From positions 64,001 through 128,000 of the forward strand of contig CAVZRV010000029.1 of the NCBI GenBank assembly GCA_963777605.1: a DNA stretch of 64,000 bases, in the 5' to 3' direction. Every line of letters starts with the position of its first letter. The first letter of the stretch is position 1. Origin of the DNA: an uncultured Acidobacteriota bacterium (GTDB lineage Bacteria; Acidobacteriota; UBA6911; RPQK01; JAPXNP01). The translations under genes were made by a program, and so were the position numbers. Positions 60,299 through 64,000 of the stretch are shown piece after piece. A model generated the notes under the pieces. That model made no database searches and was not told the DNA's origin. It was given only the letters and a program-made list of their open reading frames with translations.

Positions 60299-61369
60299 TC
60301 AGTACCAATTGCCATAGATCGTCTCACCCTTCTGGTGAGACTGATAGCAGGCATTGACGACCTCGATGGTCGCCAGACCGGCTCGTCCGTCCACGCCGTA
60401 CTTAGGTTGTTCATCGCGTAACACGCATTCGACGAAGTATTCGATTTCCGAAACGTAGCCGAGGTTGTAGAACTCATCGACAGCAGGTTTGGTCCAGCCC
60501 TTGTTGATGTCGGCCTTCTCGATGCTGTAGGAGATTTCGTCGGAGGAGTAGCAGGACACAGCCGAGCTGAATGTGAGATCGACCTTGATCACTCCTTTCG
60601 TGCCGTAGATCTCAATTTTGTCGTCCATGCCTCCGTGAGTGATGTAGTTGGATTCCGCAAAGGCGTACTGTCCGTCCTTGAAACGGAGCATGGCCATGCC
60701 GAAATCTTCGCCTGTGTTCTTCTTGTGAACGAAGTTCGCCTCGCCGCCTCCGGTCATCTTCCCGGTCACTTCAACCAGGGGATTCTCCTCGCTCCCCAGG
60801 AGGTAGAGCAGCCAGGTCACAGCGTGGCAACCCATGTGGAGGAAGACGCCTCCGCCGCAGGTGTCCTTGTTCTGGGCAAATGGAGAATGGGTCCCATTGT
60901 GAACTTCTTTCGCTTTCACGAAGAGGATGTCCCCGACAGCGCCCTCTTTGACGAGGGCTTCTGTGCGGATCAGGGCCGGAGCGTGGATCCAGTCCTCGGC
61001 GTAGAAGAGCTTGGTTCCGTTCTCGCGGCAAACCTCGACCATTTCCCGGCCCTGTTCGACACGGATGGCCAGAGGTTTCTCGCAGATGGCGTGGATTCCG
61101 GCCCGGGCGGCCGCCAGGACCACCGGGTGGTGCAGGAAGTTGGGGACGCACACCGACACCAGGTCGAGCCTCTCCTGCTCGAACATCTTGTTGTAATCGG
61201 TGTAGGTATTCGGAATGCGGTGCTTCTGAGCGATCGCGTCCAGGTTGTCGATGGCGGCGACGGCAGCGACCTCGACAAAAGGCAGCCTGCGGTAGGCATC
61301 GCAATGAAAATCTGCGGCAAACTTGGAGCCGACAATTCCAACCCGGAGCTTCTCTTTCACGGAACTCAC
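60299..61369 (-). CDS. Gfo/Idh/MocA family oxidoreductase
   Basis: RVGIVG, VPNFLH, ICEKPLA, GGGVFLHMGCH; GGGGAGG RBS region. Confidence 0.9.
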   Translation of the reverse strand: MSSVKEKLRVGIVGSKFAADFHCDAYRRLPFVEVAAVAAIDNLDAIAQKHRIPNTYTDYNKMFEQERLDLVSVCVPNFLHHPVVLAAARAGIHAICEKPLAIRVEQGREMVEVCRENGTKLFYAEDWIHAPALIRTEALVKEGAVGDILFVKAKEVHNGTHSPFAQNKDTCGGGVFLHMGCHAVTWLLYLLGSEENPLVEVTGKMTGGGEANFVHKKNTGEDFGMAMLRFKDGQYAFAESNYITHGGMDDKIEIYGTKGVIKVDLTFSSAVSCYSSDEISYSIEKADINKGWTKPAVDEFYNLGYVSEIEYFVECVLRDEQPKYGVDGRAGLATIEVVNACYQSHQKGETIYGNWY

Positions 61370-61436
61370 CTCCCCGTAAGTCGCGCCTGAGGAGTTTAGC
61401 CCAGGCTGCCAGGCGCGACAACCACTAACCCGAGTT

Positions 61437-61646
61437 TCAGAACCGGCCGCCGTCCACGTCCTTGATGAACTTGATCAGGCCGTCGGTGTACACCTTCTGG
61501 TCGTCGTACAGAGCCAGATGACTGCCGTTCGGACAGTAGAGATAGCGTCCCTTGGGAAACTGTCCGGCCATCCACTCCATGTGTTTGGGGTCCATGGTGT
61601 CGTACTCGGCACCGATCACCAGCGTGGGCACGGAGATCCCGAGCAT
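61437..61646 (-). pseudogene. C-terminal fragment of a proline iminopeptidase-like alpha/beta hydrolase
   Basis: ISVPTLVIGAEYDTMDP...CPNGSHLALYDDQ; has Asp/His but not the nucleophile-bearing N-terminal region. Confidence 0.7.
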
Positions 61647-61804
61647 CCAACCAGGAGGAGTGTCACCGCCAAAACAGCCATTTTGATCATGTGGGCTCCT
61701 GCGTTTCGTTGATGCCGAGGAGAATTCCGAGAGCGTGCGTTCATCTTAGCAGAGGTTTTATCGTTCAAAGAATGCTGCGGACATTTGAACCCGATTGATC
61801 TATT

Positions 61805-62527
61805 GTGAAGGGCATGAGTCAGCAGGTCTCAGCTCTTCCACTGGTCTTGATCTTCACCATCCTTGGAGTTGCTGTTGCAGTCGCAGCCTGGTTGATCACC
61901 CGCCGTCGTGCGGCTGCCCGAGTGGAAGCACTCGGGCGGCAGTCAATGATGATGGGCTACACTTTCAGTTCCGGGCCGGTCAAGCCGGGTCAGATGGAGA
62001 AAAGCGGCCTCGAACCGGAGTTCGCGGAATCACTGAAGGCAATGCAGGTTTTTCAGAAGGGCCGAAGGCAGAAGATCTCAAACGTGATGAGTAAAGCCGA
62101 GGACTCCAACCGCCGGGAATGGATCTTCGACTTCCAGTACGAAACCGGGGCAGGCAACAATCGGCATCGAGTCCGCCAGACAGTTTTCGGGTGCCGCCAG
62201 CGCAACTGGTCGATCCCTGGTTTTACCCTTTACAAGGAAGGCTTCTTCTCCCGGCTCTTTGATGGCGCGGATATCGATTTCGAACAGGATGAAGAGTTCT
62301 CCCGCCAGTACCTGCTGAAAGGGAAGGATGAAACCGCAATCCGGCGTCTTTTTACCCCGTCAGTACGGTCTTTTCTAACCGGACGACGAGACTGGGCAGT
62401 GGAGGCGAACGGTGCCTGGGTTTTTGTCTACCGCAAGGGAAAGATCGTCAAGCCGGATGCCCTCATGACGGCGCTCAGTGACTTCAACCGGTTCGTCTCA
62501 GTTCTTGCCAACGAGCTGGAACGATAG
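61805..62527 (+). CDS. Hypothetical protein with N-terminal TM anchor
   Basis: 240-aa ORF; hydrophobic N-terminus; DIDFEQDEEFSRQYLL.G.DE.AIR.LF segment. Confidence 0.65.
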   Translation: MKGMSQQVSALPLVLIFTILGVAVAVAAWLITRRRAAARVEALGRQSMMMGYTFSSGPVKPGQMEKSGLEPEFAESLKAMQVFQKGRRQKISNVMSKAEDSNRREWIFDFQYETGAGNNRHRVRQTVFGCRQRNWSIPGFTLYKEGFFSRLFDGADIDFEQDEEFSRQYLLKGKDETAIRRLFTPSVRSFLTGRRDWAVEANGAWVFVYRKGKIVKPDALMTALSDFNRFVSVLANELER

Positions 62528-62530
62528 ACG

Positions 62531-63220
62531 TCAGTAACTGAGTTCTCCCTTGAAAAAGAGTTCGTTGGTCTCGAACTCGACTTCAACCTTCATTCGTCGT
62601 GGCGTGTGGAGTTCGGTCGAGAAACGAATGGTCTGCCCTTTCTTCAGTTCGGGGCGAGAGAACCGGAACCATGCTTCACCGAAACTCGAGTCCTTGGGAG
62701 CGACGAACGTCTTCAGTGGGATTCGCTGCCGGTCGACGAGCAGGCGGGTCGCCTTTCGAACTGCAGCTTGGCCTTCCTCGTTCAGACGCCGGTGAAACGA
62801 CGGCGGGAAGACGATAACCGAGAGGACCATTTCTCCCGGCAGCGCAATCTGTGAAGCCAGTTCCAGAGTCTTTTCGTGATCCAGTTTGGCAGGCCGATAG
62901 ACGAAGTCTTCGGGCTGGAGCTGGAATGACTGCGCCATGGCAATCCGGATCGGCATGGCGGACTGGAGACGCACGCAAAAGCGGGCTTCCCGGCGGTTTC
63001 CATTTCGATCAAAGAAAGGCACCACCTTGACCTTGGCCCAGGGCGAAGTCCAGAGGACCGACTCGGCATCTTCCAGGGTCCAGGTTGCAGGATCAAGCTT
63101 GAGCCAGGGTTGGCCCGCGGCCTCGATCCGGGTCAGGCCCAATCCCAGACCCAGAACGAGGGCTGAGTACCCCCAAATGAAGAACGGTCGAATCATTGCC
63201 GTTGTCCGGACGAGATTCAT
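62531..63220 (-). CDS. Hypothetical exported protein
   Basis: Signal-like N-terminus; WTLEDA..VL..SPWA; ends FKGELSY. Confidence 0.6.
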   Translation of the reverse strand: MNLVRTTAMIRPFFIWGYSALVLGLGLGLTRIEAAGQPWLKLDPATWTLEDAESVLWTSPWAKVKVVPFFDRNGNRREARFCVRLQSAMPIRIAMAQSFQLQPEDFVYRPAKLDHEKTLELASQIALPGEMVLSVIVFPPSFHRRLNEEGQAAVRKATRLLVDRQRIPLKTFVAPKDSSFGEAWFRFSRPELKKGQTIRFSTELHTPRRMKVEVEFETNELFFKGELSY

Positions 63221-63347
63221 TATAGCTTGCGCCGGTCAGGCCGTCCGGCGCAAGGGAATAATCGGGCGACGGGTGCGCTATTGCCCGCTCGTCAGGCGGG
63301 ATGCGCGGACGGTGGGCCGAAACCCCGGGTCTCTGGCCCGGTTCCGA

Positions 63348-63833
63348 TCAGATGCAGGCGATGACGTCCATCTCGACTTTTGAGCCTCCGGGAACGCCTC
63401 CGGCGACCCCGACTGTCGTTCGAACCGGGGGTTCCGGCCCGAACCGCCCCAGGAACACCTCGTTCATCGCCTTGTAGTCGGCGATGTCGTTCAGGTAGAC
63501 CTGGACCTTGAGAGCCTTCTCCATTGATGAGCCGGCGTTCTCCAGCTCTTTCTGAATCTCGTCGAGAACGTGAGCCGTGTGCGCCTTGATATCCCCCTCG
63601 AAATGGGCCCCCTTGCCGGAAATGAAGAGGAGATTTCCGTAAGAAACCGCGCCCGAAAAGAGTGGTGTGCTGGTCGGTTTCTCTCCCCTGTAATGAACCT
63701 TTTTCGACAGCTGCTCCGAATCCGAACCGGCTTGTCCTGGCGAGCTTCGAGCCGCGAGGGCCGCTCCTCCACCTACCGATCCAAGACACAGAAACTTCAA
63801 GATTCCCCTTCGCGTCTTTTCAAAATTGACCAT
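63348..63833 (-). CDS. RidA (YjgF/UK114) family protein with Tat-like signal peptide
   Basis: TRRGILKFL followed by a hydrophobic stretch; FSGAV..GNLLFISG, MNEVF, PPVRTTV, VEMDVIA; GAGGAGG RBS. Confidence 0.85.
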   Translation of the reverse strand: MVNFEKTRRGILKFLCLGSVGGGAALAARSSPGQAGSDSEQLSKKVHYRGEKPTSTPLFSGAVSYGNLLFISGKGAHFEGDIKAHTAHVLDEIQKELENAGSSMEKALKVQVYLNDIADYKAMNEVFLGRFGPEPPVRTTVGVAGGVPGGSKVEMDVIACI

Positions 63834-64000
63834 CGCTCAACCTCCTCATCTGTCGGACTTGCGGGCCTCGCCCGGTTTCGGGCACCTTCTGGCAATCAGA
63901 ATAACCATATCCCCATCGGTACGCCAGCAAATCTCTGTCACTCCGCCTGTTGGGTTGGACTCTGGAGAAGTTCGCAGATCGCGCGCTTGCGTTCCTTTCC

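Noticed and set aside
60075-60308. DUF896/YnzC-like small protein
   Set aside because: Only a short helical resemblance (TDEERE...LRQTYI) with no credible start or RBS; it cannot be assigned without a search.
63938-64000. 3' end of a minus-strand gene cut by the window edge
   Set aside because: Only 20 codons are visible, too little to support a call.

Overview
GC-rich bacterial chromosomal window; the gene content is suggestive of Acidobacteriota, but that is inference only. It contains an RND efflux pair, pruA, GH3 and GH116 glycosidases, a cobalamin riboswitch with a BtuB-like receptor, a POT transporter and a FAD monooxygenase. Next come an alternative complex III (ACIII) plus caa3-type oxidase cluster with rearranged order and an ActC-ActD fusion, two tRNAs, apt, a LarA-family/SDR pair, dgt, yceD-rpmF-fabDG-acpP-fabF, 7TM-HD/ybeY/CNNM/ribD, a four-gene minor pilin cluster behind a Crp-family regulator, accBC-NSS-thiE-NSS, and several gene fragments. 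No integrase, transposase, phage or cas genes were recognised. The best leads are: (1) a modular non-coding array at 57.5-58.65 kb in which a conserved ~52-bp GTTTCA...TGARAC junction separates modules carrying different palindrome families, two of which recur as solo copies elsewhere in the window; (2) an adjacent OsmC-like selenoprotein hidden by an in-frame TGA with a SECIS-like hairpin; (3) the rearranged ACIII with fused ActC-D; (4) a CRP-like box with class II promoter geometry upstream of the pilin genes; (5) a GH3 with non-canonical active-site motifs. All product calls come from motif recognition by eye; no searches were run.
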